Shown here: positions 41,601 to 52,900 of the stretch, in pieces
Numbering within the stretch: position 1 is the stretch's first letter
Layout of the letters: each line of letters begins with the position of its first letter
Source of the DNA: an uncultured Planctomycetaceae bacterium
Lineage (GTDB): Bacteria; Planctomycetota; Planctomycetia; Isosphaerales; Isosphaeraceae
NCBI GenBank assembly: GCA_963833985.1
Contig: CAWIAD010000002.1
Coordinates: 6,560,001 to 6,624,000 of the forward strand
Length of the DNA: 64,000 bases
Reading direction: 5' to 3'
The notes under the pieces: generated by a model
The model's input: the letters and a program-made list of their open reading frames with translations, nothing else
Database searches by the model: none
Told to the model about the DNA's origin: nothing
Program-made: the position numbers and the translations under genes

Positions 41601-41998
41601 GCGCGGCCTGGGGGAGGGCGGCTCAGGAGGGAGCGTCCAGCCCGGAGGGCCGGCCGCGTCGGGGCTTCCCGGGGAATACCGCGGAGGCATACTTCCGTGC
41701 GCTGGCCTTGCGCAGGCTGGGGCGGACGGACGCCGCGGAAGAGGTCCTCCGCGCTCTGGCGGGCTCAGCCGGCCCGGCGGCAACGGTGCCGGCCCCTGGC
41801 GACCTGGACCGGAATTTGCCGGTGCCCACATTGCGCAGGGAGCGCGCTCGGCGGGCGCGGCCACACGTGTTGTCCGGCCTTGGCCGCCTGGGCCTGGGGC
41901 AGACCGAGTCCGCCCGCCAGGAACTGGCCGAAGCCCTGCGCATCGACCCGGCGAACCGGCCAGCACGCGCGGCACTGGCCGAGCTGGGCAACAGGTAG
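38603..41998 (+). CDS. DUF5107-domain protein with TPR repeats, exported
   Basis: LENQYVRIGILPELGGRI, IKPALIGLIGAWISGGVEWN.P.HHR and GKKLWTWG motifs; TPR-like C-terminal half. Confidence 0.88.
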   Translation: MRSAIPGTILAAGLLLATFRSAPCAEPRAMPAAAVTVWERQVVIPTYLAGPPEASPMFYFGRASQGAEGRIYPYRLYDSLTNRKVDRQYTLVTLENQYVRIGILPELGGRIFEAVDRTNGYNFFYRQHVIKPALIGLIGAWISGGVEWNIPHHHRASTFLPVQYQMQDDGGGGKTVWVGELELRHRMRWAVGYTLRPGSSVLEARVRIINRTPLAQSMLCFANAAVHVNENYQVIFPPATQYVTHHAKREFTTWPIASGHYGGYDFGAGTDVSWYKNHVAANSMFAWNYEDDFFAGYDHGAQAGTMSVADHRFVPGKKLWTWGNGARGRMWDHILTDSDGPYIELMVGGYSDNQPDYSWLQPFEARTFSMNWYPFRAISGVKNANLDAAVNLEVVGRKARLGFAATAAHPEATVRLSAAGKVVLQETVAIDPGHPYVNEVPLPDGTGAYDLEAVLSDGKTLVSFRPAPSRSNPKPSPVHDPPPPGEVKTTEELYLAGLRIEQFHHPALDAEPYWEEALRRDPADVRVNTALGIKMLKQARWSAAEACFRKALERLTAGYTAPVNGEPFYYLGVALAAQGKDGPASEAFARATWAAASRSPAYFGMAEVACRQHADSQALELLDRALDADANNLRALHLKAALLRRIGKPERALAILTRAGAIDPLDPRTLAEHWLATRSSEKEATLKRVLGQHPATALEIAAEYQDAGLWADGTAVLLAALRRGEELQTLPLACYDLAFFAARQGDEKAAARYRALAAAEPAGPVFPFQSQNLAVLREAMQANPGDARAPLYLGELLFDWQPGKAVELWKASLARDPSLAVVHRNLAIAASHQPGARNLDEAIRHLEAAVALPGPSSIFFSELDELYEAAGVAPEKRLAVLDANHETVARRDDALGREIALRVLLGQCDRAIALLTGRTFAVWEGGTLTAAGDWTEAHLRRGVERMSSRRFEEALADFQAAGQLPENLPTETHDGTARQEEIAYRIGIAEEALGRHEEASAAWGRAAQEGASSPEGRPRRGFPGNTAEAYFRALALRRLGRTDAAEEVLRALAGSAGPAATVPAPGDLDRNLPVPTLRRERARRARPHVLSGLGRLGLGQTESARQELAEALRIDPANRPARAALAELGNR

Positions 41999-42023
41999 AC
42001 CGCACCCCTCCTCTGCGCTCGGT

Positions 42024-42464
42024 TCAGTCAAGTGGCAGCGTGCCGTCCAGCAGTTGCAGGAGCGTGGCGTTTTTCACGGGCTTCACCAGGTGATGATGAA
42101 AGCCCGCGGCCTTGGATAGAGCCCTGTCCCTGGCCAGTCCCCAACCGGTAACCGCGACCAGGCGGCTGTCGCTGAACCATGGCCGGTTGCAGAGATGCAT
42201 CGCGACCTCGTAACCCGTCATCCCCGGCAGGCCAATGTCCAGCAAGATGAGCTGGGGACGAAACACCTCTGCCCGTTCCAGCGCGCTCGGCCCGTCATGA
42301 GCAACCTCAACCAGCCGCCCGTGGAGCACCGTCAGAACCCTGGCCAGGCTCCGAGCGGCATCCGTGTTGTCGTCCACCACCAGGATTCGGTGACGCACTC
42401 GCGCAGTGGCGTCGGTGTCCGATGCGGACGCAGATCGCGGGGGCGAAGGCAAACAATCGCCCAT
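42024..42464 (-). CDS. Orphan response-regulator receiver domain (possibly a remnant of a hybrid kinase)
   Basis: ILVVDDN, LLDIGLPGMTGYEV, AVTGWG and HHLVKPV motifs; start uncertain. Confidence 0.75.
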   Translation of the reverse strand: MGDCLPSPPRSASASDTDATARVRHRILVVDDNTDAARSLARVLTVLHGRLVEVAHDGPSALERAEVFRPQLILLDIGLPGMTGYEVAMHLCNRPWFSDSRLVAVTGWGLARDRALSKAAGFHHHLVKPVKNATLLQLLDGTLPLD

Positions 42465-43255
42465 GGCGGAGAGCCCTGGAAGCGCCGTACCTTCGTCCTG
42501 GTTCGACCCTACAATGTTCGCCGTCAGATCAGTACAGGACCCAGGGTTGCCCGACGCCGTGCTCAGAACCCCGGCCAGTCCTGCGGAGAGGCGAGCTCCT
42601 GTCCCATGATCACCGCAGAGTCCGAACCGCGATATCGATCGAAGGGTTTTCGCGAGCATTTGAGGTTCCACTCCGAGAGCGAAGAAAAATCCCTCCTCGC
42701 CGACATCGGACGTTGGAAATGATGCCGGCGCCCGAACTTCCTTGCCGGCGATCTTTGACTGTAGTGTGTCACGATGGGTTCCGCAAGGCGAAGGAATCAT
42801 CGTGTTCGGGTACGTCATGCCCGCCTCACTTCATGCATGTTCTACAAAAAGCCACCTCTGTTCTTTCGGTGGTAAGTGATTCGAATGAACCTGGCTGGAG
42901 CGCTTAAATTTATTCAAAAGAAGTCCGATCCGGAATCGAGACATTTCCGGAAGCAGCAACTGGAGCCATTCGCGATCGGGCTGTGGCGCTCCTCCTGTGG
43001 CGTGAATTTGGGATATTTAGGAAAGATCTAGGAAAGCTCTGACGTAGGGTCGAGTCAGTACTCCGCGCGGGGACGTCGGACGCCAGGCTCGCTCCATGCG
43101 ACCCACAGAGAAATGCTGATACCACACGAGCGCTCGTCGAGCTGAGGACGGCGAGATCACTGCTGGCGAGCACCCCACGAGGAGAGCGGCCAGGCAGGGC
43201 TCTCGGCCCCGGGCAAGCGAACGGCAATCCTGTCCAAAGACTTCTGCGGATCTGC

Positions 43256-44155
43256 TTAGTGGTCCCACCCCTGAGGCAATGGCTCACCGCCCGCGATGGT
43301 TGCGAGAGCCTCGAACACATGGGGATCGATGGTCCCTCGAATGAACCGTACCGAGCCATCGGCGAACAAGATCAACGTGCCACCTTCGTGGTTGCCGCCG
43401 AACTGACGCCCTCGACCCAGGTAGGGTTGTCGCTCGGGATCGACTCCACGCACCGTCGCGGGGCCTCCCGACGTCCAGGGGCCGCGGAGATCCGCTGTCT
43501 CGGCGACCGTCATCGTAGACGAAGCTCCATCTCGAATATCCTCGAGCCTCGTGGAGCGGTCATAACCGAAAACTCCTGCCTTCGGGTCTCCAGCAGGAAG
43601 GAGAGCCGCGTTATTGCCAATTCCGGCGATGCCAACGTAAGTGGCCGGAACCAGTTCGGTCAGCCGAGAGCGGTTCAGAGAAGGGGTCGACGAATAGGTG
43701 CCTTGGGCTGGCTGGAAAGACGATGACGGGCAGAGCACTGGCTCGAGCGGGAGGACCGCGAAGGTGCGCTGCGGGCCAACGTCCCACGCAACCGTCGGAT
43801 CGATCTGGCCCGCGTCGTCCAGGCCCCAGCAATGACTGCAAAACAGATCCGAGAGCAGGCTGAGCTGCCAGCTCTTGCGTTGTTCGGGAGGCAGGCGATC
43901 ATTACGGCCAGTTGCATCAGGGAAGGTGCCTTTGCGGGATCTGTAGCTATCCAGCGCGAGCCCTATCATCGCCAGGTTGATGTGGCACCGCGATCTACGG
44001 GCATCTTCCCGGGCGCCCTGGACCAGCATGGCCACGAAGCAAGTCAGGCCGATGAAGGCTCCCACGACCGTGCAGATCCCCAGGAGCCGCTTCGCACTGA
44101 ACCACCTGCTGCCGCTACAAATTGTGACAGGCATGAAGACCTCGAGATCGGGCAT
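43256..44155 (-). CDS. DUF1559-family protein
   Basis: [30 protein letters not shown] and H-X9-DG ([12 protein letters not shown]). Confidence 0.88.
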   Translation of the reverse strand: MPDLEVFMPVTICSGSRWFSAKRLLGICTVVGAFIGLTCFVAMLVQGAREDARRSRCHINLAMIGLALDSYRSRKGTFPDATGRNDRLPPEQRKSWQLSLLSDLFCSHCWGLDDAGQIDPTVAWDVGPQRTFAVLPLEPVLCPSSSFQPAQGTYSSTPSLNRSRLTELVPATYVGIAGIGNNAALLPAGDPKAGVFGYDRSTRLEDIRDGASSTMTVAETADLRGPWTSGGPATVRGVDPERQPYLGRGRQFGGNHEGGTLILFADGSVRFIRGTIDPHVFEALATIAGGEPLPQGWDH

Positions 44156-44382
44156 TCGATTGCTTCAGCGTAGTGCCGGTCCCTCGACGCATCCAAGACC
44201 TTTCTCTTTCCATGTTCGTCCCCAGGTTCGCGTCTCTGCATTCTGGTATCCGATTTGCCCATGAATCCGGTTGCTGTCGGGCCAAGACCGCCCCGGTCCG
44301 AAACCGTCGTGAGATCCGGGCAGGCGACGGATCTCAGCCGAGCCTCCGCGACGCCATTCAGACAAGGGAGAGGATCACGCAA

Positions 44383-46490
44383 ATGGCCAAGGCAAAAGAT
44401 GATGCACGCAAGACCGCACAGTATGGCGATGAGTCGGTGGCCGTGGGACAGGGCGGAGAAACCCACCAGACGGCCGGCAAGGATCTTGCCGCGCTGACCA
44501 CGCAACAGGGAGTGCCGGTCGCCGACGATCAAAACTCGCTGAAGGCGGGCGCCAAGGGCCCGACGCTGCTGGAAGATTTCCATTTCCGCGAGAAGATCTT
44601 TCACTTTGACCACGAGCGCATCCCCGAGCGCGTGGTGCATGCGCGGCTATGGCGCGCACGGTTACTTCGAGAACTACGAATCGCTCAGCGACGTCACCCG
44701 GGCCGACCTGTTTCAGCGCAAGGGTGAAAAGACTCCGCTCTTCGTGCGGTTCTCCACCGTGGCCGGCAGCAAGGGGTCGGCTGACCTGGCCCGCGACGTG
44801 CGCGGCTTCGCCGTGAAGTTCTATACCAGGGAGGGAAACTGGGACCTGGTGGGCAACAACATTCCCGTCTTCTTCATCCAGGATGCAATCAAGTTTCCTG
44901 ACCTGATCCACTCGGTCAAGCCGGAGCCGGACCGGGATTTCCCCCAGGCACAGTCCGCCCACGACAACTTCTGGGACTTCATCTCGCTCTCCCCGGAGAG
45001 CATGCACATGATCATGTGGGTGATGTCCGACCGGGCGATCCCGCGCTCGTTCCGGTTCATGGAAGGCTTCGGCGTGCACACGTTCCGGCTGGTGAACGCG
45101 CAGGGCAAGTCCACCTTCGTGAAGTTCCACTGGAAGCCGAAGCACGGGCTGCAATCGGTGGTCTGGAACGAGGCGCTGAAGATTAACGGTGCCGATCCGG
45201 ACTTTCACCGCCGCGACCTCTGGGATGCGATCGGCTCGGGCGACTATCCGGAATGGGAGCTTGGCCTCCAGCTCTTCGACGAGGACTTCGCGAAGCAGTT
45301 CGAGTTCGATGTCCTCGACGCCACGAAGATGATTCCCGAGGAGCAGGTGCCGGTCCGCCGCGTCGGCCGGATGGTTCTGGACCGGCGGGTGGACAACTTC
45401 TTCGCCGAGACCGAGCAGGTCGCGTTCTGCACTCAGAACGTCGTCCCGGGCATTGATTTCAGCAACGATCCCCTGCTCCAGGGGCGGAACTTCTCGTACC
45501 TGGACACGCAACTCAAGCGGCTGGGCAGCCCGAACTTCACTCATATTCCGATCAACGCGCCGCGGTGCCCGTTCTCCCACTTCCAGCAAGACGGCCACAT
45601 GGCGATGCACAACCCCAAGGGCCGCGCCAACTACGAGCCGAACTCGTGGGGCGAGGCTGGCGGACCGCGCGAATGCCCGGAGCGGGGCTACCAGTCCTAT
45701 CCGGAGGCACTCGAGGCTCCGAAGGTCCGCGCCCGGTCCGAGACCTTCAGCGATCACTACAGTCAGGCCCGGCAGTTCTACATCAGCCAGACGGCGATCG
45801 AGCAAACGCACATCGCCAATGCCCTCACATTCGAGCTGAGCAAGGTGGAAACACCCGCCATCCGCGCGCATGGTCTCGCACCTGCTGAATATTGATCGCG
45901 GCCTGGCCGACGCGGTGGCGAAGGGATTGCGGCTCAAGCAAATGCCCGAGCCGGCCCCGGCCGCACGGCCCACCCGGCAAGACCTGAAGCCCTCGCCGCC
46001 CCTGAGCATCATCAGCAACGGCCCGAAATCGTTCGCCGGCCGCAAGGTGGGGGCCCTGGTGACCGACGGTGTGGACGCCGGTGTCCTGGGGGCGCTCCGC
46101 CAGGCGCTCAAGGCCGAAGGGGCCATACTCAAGCTGGTTGCCCCCGAGGTCGGCGGCGTGAAGGATTCGAAAGGTGCCTGGCACGACGCCGACGAGAAGC
46201 TGGAGGGCGGCCCTTCGGTGCTCTTCGACGCGGTGGCGATCCTCCCTTCCGCCGAGGGCGCGGCATTGCTCGGCACGCTACCGGCTGCGCGCGACTTCGT
46301 GGCGGACGCCGTGGCACACCGAAAGTACATTGGCCACGCGAACACCGCGGCGCCGCTGTTCGAGAAAGCTGGAGTTGCCAGCAACCTGGACGAGGGTTTC
46401 CTTGTACTGGACAAGGCCGCCGACTGCGAGCACTTCGTGACCGCCTGCCGCAACCTCCGCTTCTGGAACAGAGCCTCCGCCGAGCGCTGA
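44383..46490 (+). CDS. katE: Large-subunit catalase HPII (two 2-nt indels, near 44643 and 45867)
   Basis: [37 protein letters not shown] and [12 protein letters not shown] motifs; C-terminal DJ-1-like domain (PSVLFDAV). Confidence 0.93.
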
Positions 46491-46862
46491 GCGTGCTGCG
46501 GAAGCGGCAATTCATTCATGCCTGGCGGCGGGACGGACAACCTCCGGCCCCCGCGGGCATTGTCGCCCAGGCTGAGGCTGAGCCAAGTTACCGTTGCGGA
46601 CTGTCAAGTTCGTGAGCGGCTCCATCAACCCCTGGAGCGAACCTGGAGCGAAGAATCTCCCCGACCTCGTTCGGCCCGGACGCACCGTGAGCGTGTACTA
46701 AAGTTGAAGCGAAGCCAGCCGCAGTGCAAAACTGCCACCACCTGCAACTTCTACTCGGGAGAGACGCCCTTGCGCGGGTGGCCTGAAGCGGTCCGATCCG
46801 GGCGGTCTGGCGACAGGCGGCTTGCGCCGCAGCCATGCACTTTCGATAGGGAGCGATTAGCC

Positions 46863-47264
46863 ATGCCGGTTCAGTGGAGCGACGATTTCGCCACAGGCGT
46901 CGATCAGGTCGACCAGCAGCACCGACGCCTCTTCTCCATCCTGGATGACTTCGAAGCGCGCATGAATCGCAAGGAAAATGCGAACACTCTGATAAGCGTG
47001 CTTCATGACTTGAACAACTACACCAGGGAGCATTTTGCATACGAAGAAGGATGCATGGATCGATGCATCTGCACCTCGGCGTGTGTGAACAAGATGGCAC
47101 ACCAGCGGTTTCTGCGGATGGTCGACCAGTACCTCCAGGCATGCAAGACGGGCACTCCGGACCGAGGGCTCTTCGAGTCGCTGCACAACGAACTTGTCGA
47201 CTGGCTCAAGTCCCACATTTGCAAGATCGACACGAGCCTGCGGAAGCACGCACGAGCCCTCTGA
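46863..47264 (+). CDS. Hemerythrin-family protein
   Basis: WSDDFATGVDQVDQQHRRLF, HFAYEE and WLKSHICKID motifs; GGGAG RBS. Confidence 0.88.
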   Translation: MPVQWSDDFATGVDQVDQQHRRLFSILDDFEARMNRKENANTLISVLHDLNNYTREHFAYEEGCMDRCICTSACVNKMAHQRFLRMVDQYLQACKTGTPDRGLFESLHNELVDWLKSHICKIDTSLRKHARAL

Positions 47265-47320
47265 CGACCACCTGTGAAAGCGCATGTCCAGAGGCGCAGG
47301 ATGACCAGCTACCGCGCGCT

Positions 47321-49130
47321 TCAGTCGGTAGTCTGCCGGTTCTCGTAGTACTGTCCCAGCGCGAGCGTGCGCTTCACCTGGCGGGCGACGACGAAGCCGG
47401 TGATGACCAGGCCGGCCACGTAGATGTTCGGATATTGCAGGTCGTCCTGGGGCACCCAGGTGGGAAGCGGCTGGCTCCAGTCAATGGCCGAATCGAAGTA
47501 GAGCACCAGGTAACAGGCCACTGCCAGGCCCGTGGTGAACCAGACCATGCGGATCCGAAACCAGAGGCCGGAGGCGGCGATGAGCAGTGGATAGCCCACC
47601 AGCAGGGTGCTTTCCACGCGGTTCAGCAGCTTGAGCACGAGGGTCAGGAAGATCAGGTCGGCCGATGACCAGAAGAGCCGCACGTACTCCGACTTCCAGC
47701 CCCACCGCCAGAGCGTCTGGAAGCAGAGCGCGGAGAGAGTCCAGAAAAGGAGCGTGCCCTGCACGCCGTAGTGCACCCAGTTGTTCGACTTCTGCGAGAG
47801 GAACTGGTGATTGAACTCGGTGAGCAGGGCCACGACGGCCAGGCCGCCCACGCGTGAGACGACCTCGGGCTCGCGCCGGGTCCAGCGGCGGAGGCGCTGG
47901 AAGACGCCGGTCGCCTGCACGACCTCGCCTTCGAGGAACCTCTTCAGGTCGTCGGCCAGAGCCAGCGCGGAGCTGTAACGCTCCTCGGGAAGCTTTTCCA
48001 GGCATTTCAAACAGATGGTTTCGAGCTCGCGGGGCAGCGAGGGAACCAGCTCGTGCGGAGGCACCGGGTCGCGCTCGAGCACCTGGAGCACGGTCTCCAT
48101 CATGGTCGGGGTTTTGAACGGCGCGCGGCCGGTCAAGAGCTCGTAGAGGATGGCCCCCAGGCCGTAAACGTCGGTGGTTGGGCCGAGCCGATGGCGCTGG
48201 CCTGAGGCCTGCTCCGGCGCCATGTAGCTGGGCGTGCCGAGGATGGCCCCGCTGGCCGTGAGCGAGCTGTTCTCGGAGGTGCGCCGGGCCAGGCCAAAAT
48301 CGGTGATCTGGGGCTGGCCGTCGACGTCGATGAGGATGTTCGAGGGCTTCAGATCGCAGTGGATGAACCCCTTGCCGTGGGCGTAGTGCAGGGCCAGGGC
48401 CAGGGTCTGGATGAGCCGGGCGATCGCTTGCGGATCGCTTTTGAATCGAGACAGGTGCTGCGAGAGGTTCCCTCCCTCAATCAGTTTCATGCTGAAGTAG
48501 AGCATTCCGTCCTGGTCGCGAACCTCGTAGATCGGCACGATGTTGCGGTGATCGAGGTTGGCGGCGAGCTCGGCCTCGCGGCGAAAGCGGCGCGCTCGGC
48601 CGGGGTCGCGAGGTGCCCGGAGAGGATCATCTTCAGCGCGACCAGCCGCTTCAGCTCCAGGTGTCTGGCCTTGTAGACGATACCCATGCCCCCGCGGGCG
48701 ATTTCCTCGAGCAACATGTAGTCGCCGACGCGCTCCTCGCCCGGTGGGACTGGCCTCTCCGGTGGCGGTCCGGTCGAACTGGCGGAGGTTGCGGCCTCGG
48801 TATTCCAGGCCGCGGTCAACGGCGACTCGCACCAGGCCAGTTCGGGGCTGCGGAAGGTATCGAGGATCACCGGCTCAAATTCCGGCAACCGCGCCAGGTA
48901 CTCGGTGGGGCAGGGACGGTCTCCCCGATCGCGGCGCAGCTCGATTTCCAGGGCCAGCAGCTCGGCCAGCAGCGCGGGGCGGTCCTCCGGGCAGGCGTCC
49001 TCGAGCGACGCTTCCAGCCGCGGCTGGCGGCCGTCTCTCCAGAGGCTCTCGAACCGCTCGCACGCGTGATGGATGCGCCGCGCCGGGCCAGCGGCGAATC
49101 GAGCTCCCTGGCCGGAGGATCGGCAGACAT
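47321..49130 (-). CDS. Ser/Thr kinase with polytopic membrane C-terminus (frameshifts near 49082 and 48589)
   Basis: [23 protein letters not shown] and [10 protein letters not shown] motifs; about 5 TM helices at the C-terminus; ATG overlaps the ECF stop. Confidence 0.88.
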
Positions 49131-49768
49131 CAGGCCACCTCGGCGTCAGCCATCCAGGTCTTGCGGATGAGATCGAGCCGGCGGGCCACGGTCCGGCGGG
49201 CGCAGCCAAGCTGAACGGCGATCTCGTCGCAGGTGTAACCTTCCATCCTGCTGATGGCGACTTGCCGCAAGCCGTCGTCTTCCAGGGCGTCGAGCAGCCG
49301 GCGGTACTCCTCGGCCACCATCGCCGCGAACTCGGGCGTGGGCTCGCTGCCTGCCATCATTTCCAGCCCGGGAAAGGAGCCGACATCCGCGGGCGAGCCG
49401 CCCACTCCGCCATGCAGCGCCGCTTCCTCCACCACCCGCCCGCCCCCGCGCTTGAGGCGCTTCTGCCGCTGAATCTGGGCATACGCCTTGCGCACGGTGA
49501 TGGTCATGAGGATCTTCCAGAGGTCCTGGCGATCGGCAAGCTGGGGAAACTTCCCCTCGGCGACCCCCGCGCAAAAGCTGTTGAACGCGCTCAGGGCGGC
49601 ATCTTCCTCGTCGGCGGCCGCACGCGGGTGCCGCTGGCGCTGTAGCTTGCCCCGGGCAAGCACCACCAGCTTGCCGAAATAGCGTTCCCAGAGCGGCTGA
49701 GCAGCCGCGAGGTCGCCCCCGCGCAGGTCGCCCAGCCAGTGCGTGACGGAGCCGCCCTGTTCGTCCAT
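49130..49768 (-). CDS. ECF-type sigma factor (second planctomycete kinase-associated type)
   Basis: [44 protein letters not shown] and [17 protein letters not shown] motifs. Confidence 0.9.
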   Translation of the reverse strand: MDEQGGSVTHWLGDLRGGDLAAAQPLWERYFGKLVVLARGKLQRQRHPRAAADEEDAALSAFNSFCAGVAEGKFPQLADRQDLWKILMTITVRKAYAQIQRQKRLKRGGGRVVEEAALHGGVGGSPADVGSFPGLEMMAGSEPTPEFAAMVAEEYRRLLDALEDDGLRQVAISRMEGYTCDEIAVQLGCARRTVARRLDLIRKTWMADAEVA

Positions 49769-49996
49769 CCTTCCCCGCCTTGATCCGCCGGGATCGCTCA
49801 TCGAGCCGACACAACCGAGATTCTGGAGCTCTGCAAGCATCTTATCACCGCACCGAAAGCGGCGCAATTCCATTCCCTCCCTGCCGGCGACGGAACCTGC
49901 ACTCTGTGGACAGTTTTTCGTTGCGGCCGTGGGCCGGGGGCGGTCTCATGTCACGGGAGGACGCGGCGGACGCGCAGAGCGGGAGACGTCAAGGGC

Positions 49997-52900
49997 ATGA
50001 AGCAGCATTCATCGGGCATGGCCGGATTTGAGCGGATCGACGAGATCTGCGATGCGTTCGAGGAACGCTGGCGGCGCGGTGAGCGGCCGCATATCGAGGA
50101 ATTCCTGGATTGGCAGGATGCGCTGCCGCGAGCCGCCCTGCTGCGAGAATTGCTGGCCCTGGAGCTCGAGCTGGCCCGGGAGTTTGGCATCCCGGTGGCG
50201 GCTGCCGAATTCGAGGCCCGTTTCCCGGACGCGATCCCGGTGGTCCGGGCCGCGTTTGCCGAGGAGGCTCCCCGGCCGCCCGGTCCGCGCGCCGGGCGGC
50301 GCGCAGGCGGCAGGAGACGGGGCGCAACCTGCTCTTTGGCGTTCTGGCCCTGCAAAACAACTTTATCGGCCGCGACGACCTGCTTGCGGCGTTTGCCGCC
50401 TGGGTCGCCGACAGGTCGCGCCCGCTGGCGCAGATCCTGGTCGATCGTGGCGTGCTCGACGAGCCGCGCCGCCGGCTGCTCGACGCCCTGGTCGCCGAAC
50501 ACCTCAGGCAGCACGGGGGCGATACCGAGGCAAGTCTCGGGGCCGTCAGCTCGCTGGGCACGCTTCGCGGGGACCTGCACGGCCTCGGCGACGCCGACCT
50601 TGACGCCAGCCTCGGGTGCCGCGGTCCGAGCACCTCCGGCGCGGCCGGCACGGAGCAGGCCACGGCCGTGGAGGACCTGTCGTCGCGGCGCGTGGCGGGA
50701 CGGTTTCGCGTTCTCCGATTCCACCGCGAGGGAGGTCTGGGCCGCGTTTACGTGGCGCGCGACGAGGAACTTGGGCGTGACGTGGCGCTCAAGGAAGTGC
50801 GGCCGGACAAGGCGGACGAGCTCGAGCTGCGCAGGCGGTTCGTCCTGGAAGCCGAGATCAATGGCGGCCTGGAGCACCCGGGCATCGTGCCGGTCTATAG
50901 CCTGGGCACTTACGAGGATGGAAGGCCGTTCTACGCCATGCGATTCGTCGAGGGAGACAGCCTGAAGGAATCGATCCAGTCGTACCACGCCCGGAATCCC
51001 CGCCCCGATCCGACCGCCAGCGAGTTCCGCAAGTTGCTCGGGCGGTTCGTGGACGTCTGCGAGGCGATCGCGTTCGCCCACAGCAAGGGCGTCCTGCACC
51101 GCGACCTGAAACCGCACAACGTGATGCTGGGCCGTTACGGTGAGACGCTGCTGATCGACTGGGGCCTGGCGAAGGCCACCGGCCGGCGCGAGCCCATTAC
51201 CGCCGGTGCCGCCATCGAAACGACGCTGGTGCCCCCGTCGGGAAGCGGTCAGGCGGCCACGCTGGGTGTGCTCGGCTCGCCGCCTTACATGAGCCCGGAG
51301 CAGGCTTCCGGCGATATGCACGCAATCGGGCCGGCGACGGACGTCTACGGCCTGGGAGCCATCCTGTTCGCACTCTTGACCGGCCAGCCGCCGGTGAACG
51401 CACCCACGACCCACGAAGCACTCGAGCAGGTGCGGCGCGGCGAGCTGCGATCTCCGCGATCCCTCAATCCGAGGATTCCTCGCCCGCTGGAGGCCGTCTG
51501 CCGGAAAGCCCTGGCGCTACGCCCGCGGGACCGCTACCCCTCGGCGCTGGCCCTGGCGCAGGACATCGAGCACTGGCTTGCCGACGAACCGGTGACGGCG
51601 TGGAGAGAGCCCCTCGCTCAGCGCGCCGGCGCTGGATGCGCAAGCATCGGCTGGTGATGACCTCGCTCGGCTTCACGCTTCTGACCGCATCCATCTTGCT
51701 CGCCGCTCTCTTTGTCACCGTGACCAGGGAGCAAGGGAAAACGCTGCAAGCGCTGGGGCAGGCGGAACGGAACTTCGAGCGTGCGCGGAAGATCGTCGAG
51801 GATTACTTCATCCAGGTGAGCGAGGAAGCGCTGCTCAACGAGCCGGGCATGCAACCCCTTCGCAAGAAGCTGCTGGGCCTGGCCCTGGACTACCATCGGC
51901 AGTTCTTGGAAGACGTGAAGAACTCACGCCGCCAGGCCGATGTCGCCCAGAGCTATTTCCGGGTTGCGAGCATCGAGGACGATCTCGGCGAGACCGCCGA
52001 GGCGCTGGAGTCGTACCGGCGCGGCAAGGACCAGTTCGAGGAACTGCTGAGGCACGATGGCCGCTCGCTCGAGTATCGCATCCGGGTCGCCGAATGCTGG
52101 GAGCGGATCGGTGCGCTCGCGGACGAGTTGGGTCAAGGATCGCGGGCCAGTGATGCCATCGATCGCGCCCTGGCCCAGTTTCAGGTGCTCAAGGTAGAGC
52201 AGCCGGCGAGCGACCGGGTCTGGTCTGGGCTCTCCAACTGCCTTTACACGCAGGGTCGAAGAAATCATCGGTCCCGCCGGTTTGCCGAGGCCCAAGAGGT
52301 GCAAGAGGAGGCCATTCGCCTTGTGGAAGAGATTGTTGCCAGGAACCCCTCATCCGTGCGCTTCCGCCTGATGCTTGCCTTCTACTGCCACAACTTCAGC
52401 ACGCTGCTGGCCGACCGGGGCCGGTCCCCCATGCCGATGCTCGTGCGGGCCAAGGCGCAGCTCGAAGAGCTACAGAAGGAGAACCCGTCGTCGTACAAGC
52501 TGCGCTATGAGCTGGCGAAGGTCATGATTCGCATGGGAATGTTCCACGTCCGCGTTGCGCGGAGAGAGGAAACGTTGAGGGAGCTGGAGCAGGCACGCGC
52601 GCTACTTGAGCCCCTGGTCGAGGGCAATCCCAGGGTGCAAGCTTATCGCAGAGACCTGGCGGCGACGTACGAATTGCTGGCGTCGAACAGCCGTAGCATT
52701 GCAGGCGGAGGTCCGCTCTCCGCGAAAGATCGAGAATACATGGAGAAAGCCTATACCCACTCTGCTGCGCTGTACCGCGAGAATCCCTCCGACGGCCGAA
52801 ACATGAAGAGATATGGACATTCTTGTGAGGAACTTGGTGAGGATTACCTTCTCGGAGGCAATTCGGCTGAGGCGGTGAGCTGGCTCCAGCGTGCACACGA

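Noticed and set aside
42465..43255. Possible genes or ncRNA between the receiver domain and DUF1559
   Set aside because: The ORFs lack recognisable motifs or typical codon bias, and no convincing RNA structure was seen
44375..46540. Long opposite-strand ORFs (e.g. 44375..46540, 2334..3734, 31024..32448) and the alternate-frame ORF 58655..60643
   Set aside because: Shadow ORFs expected from high-GC codon bias overlapping well-supported genes
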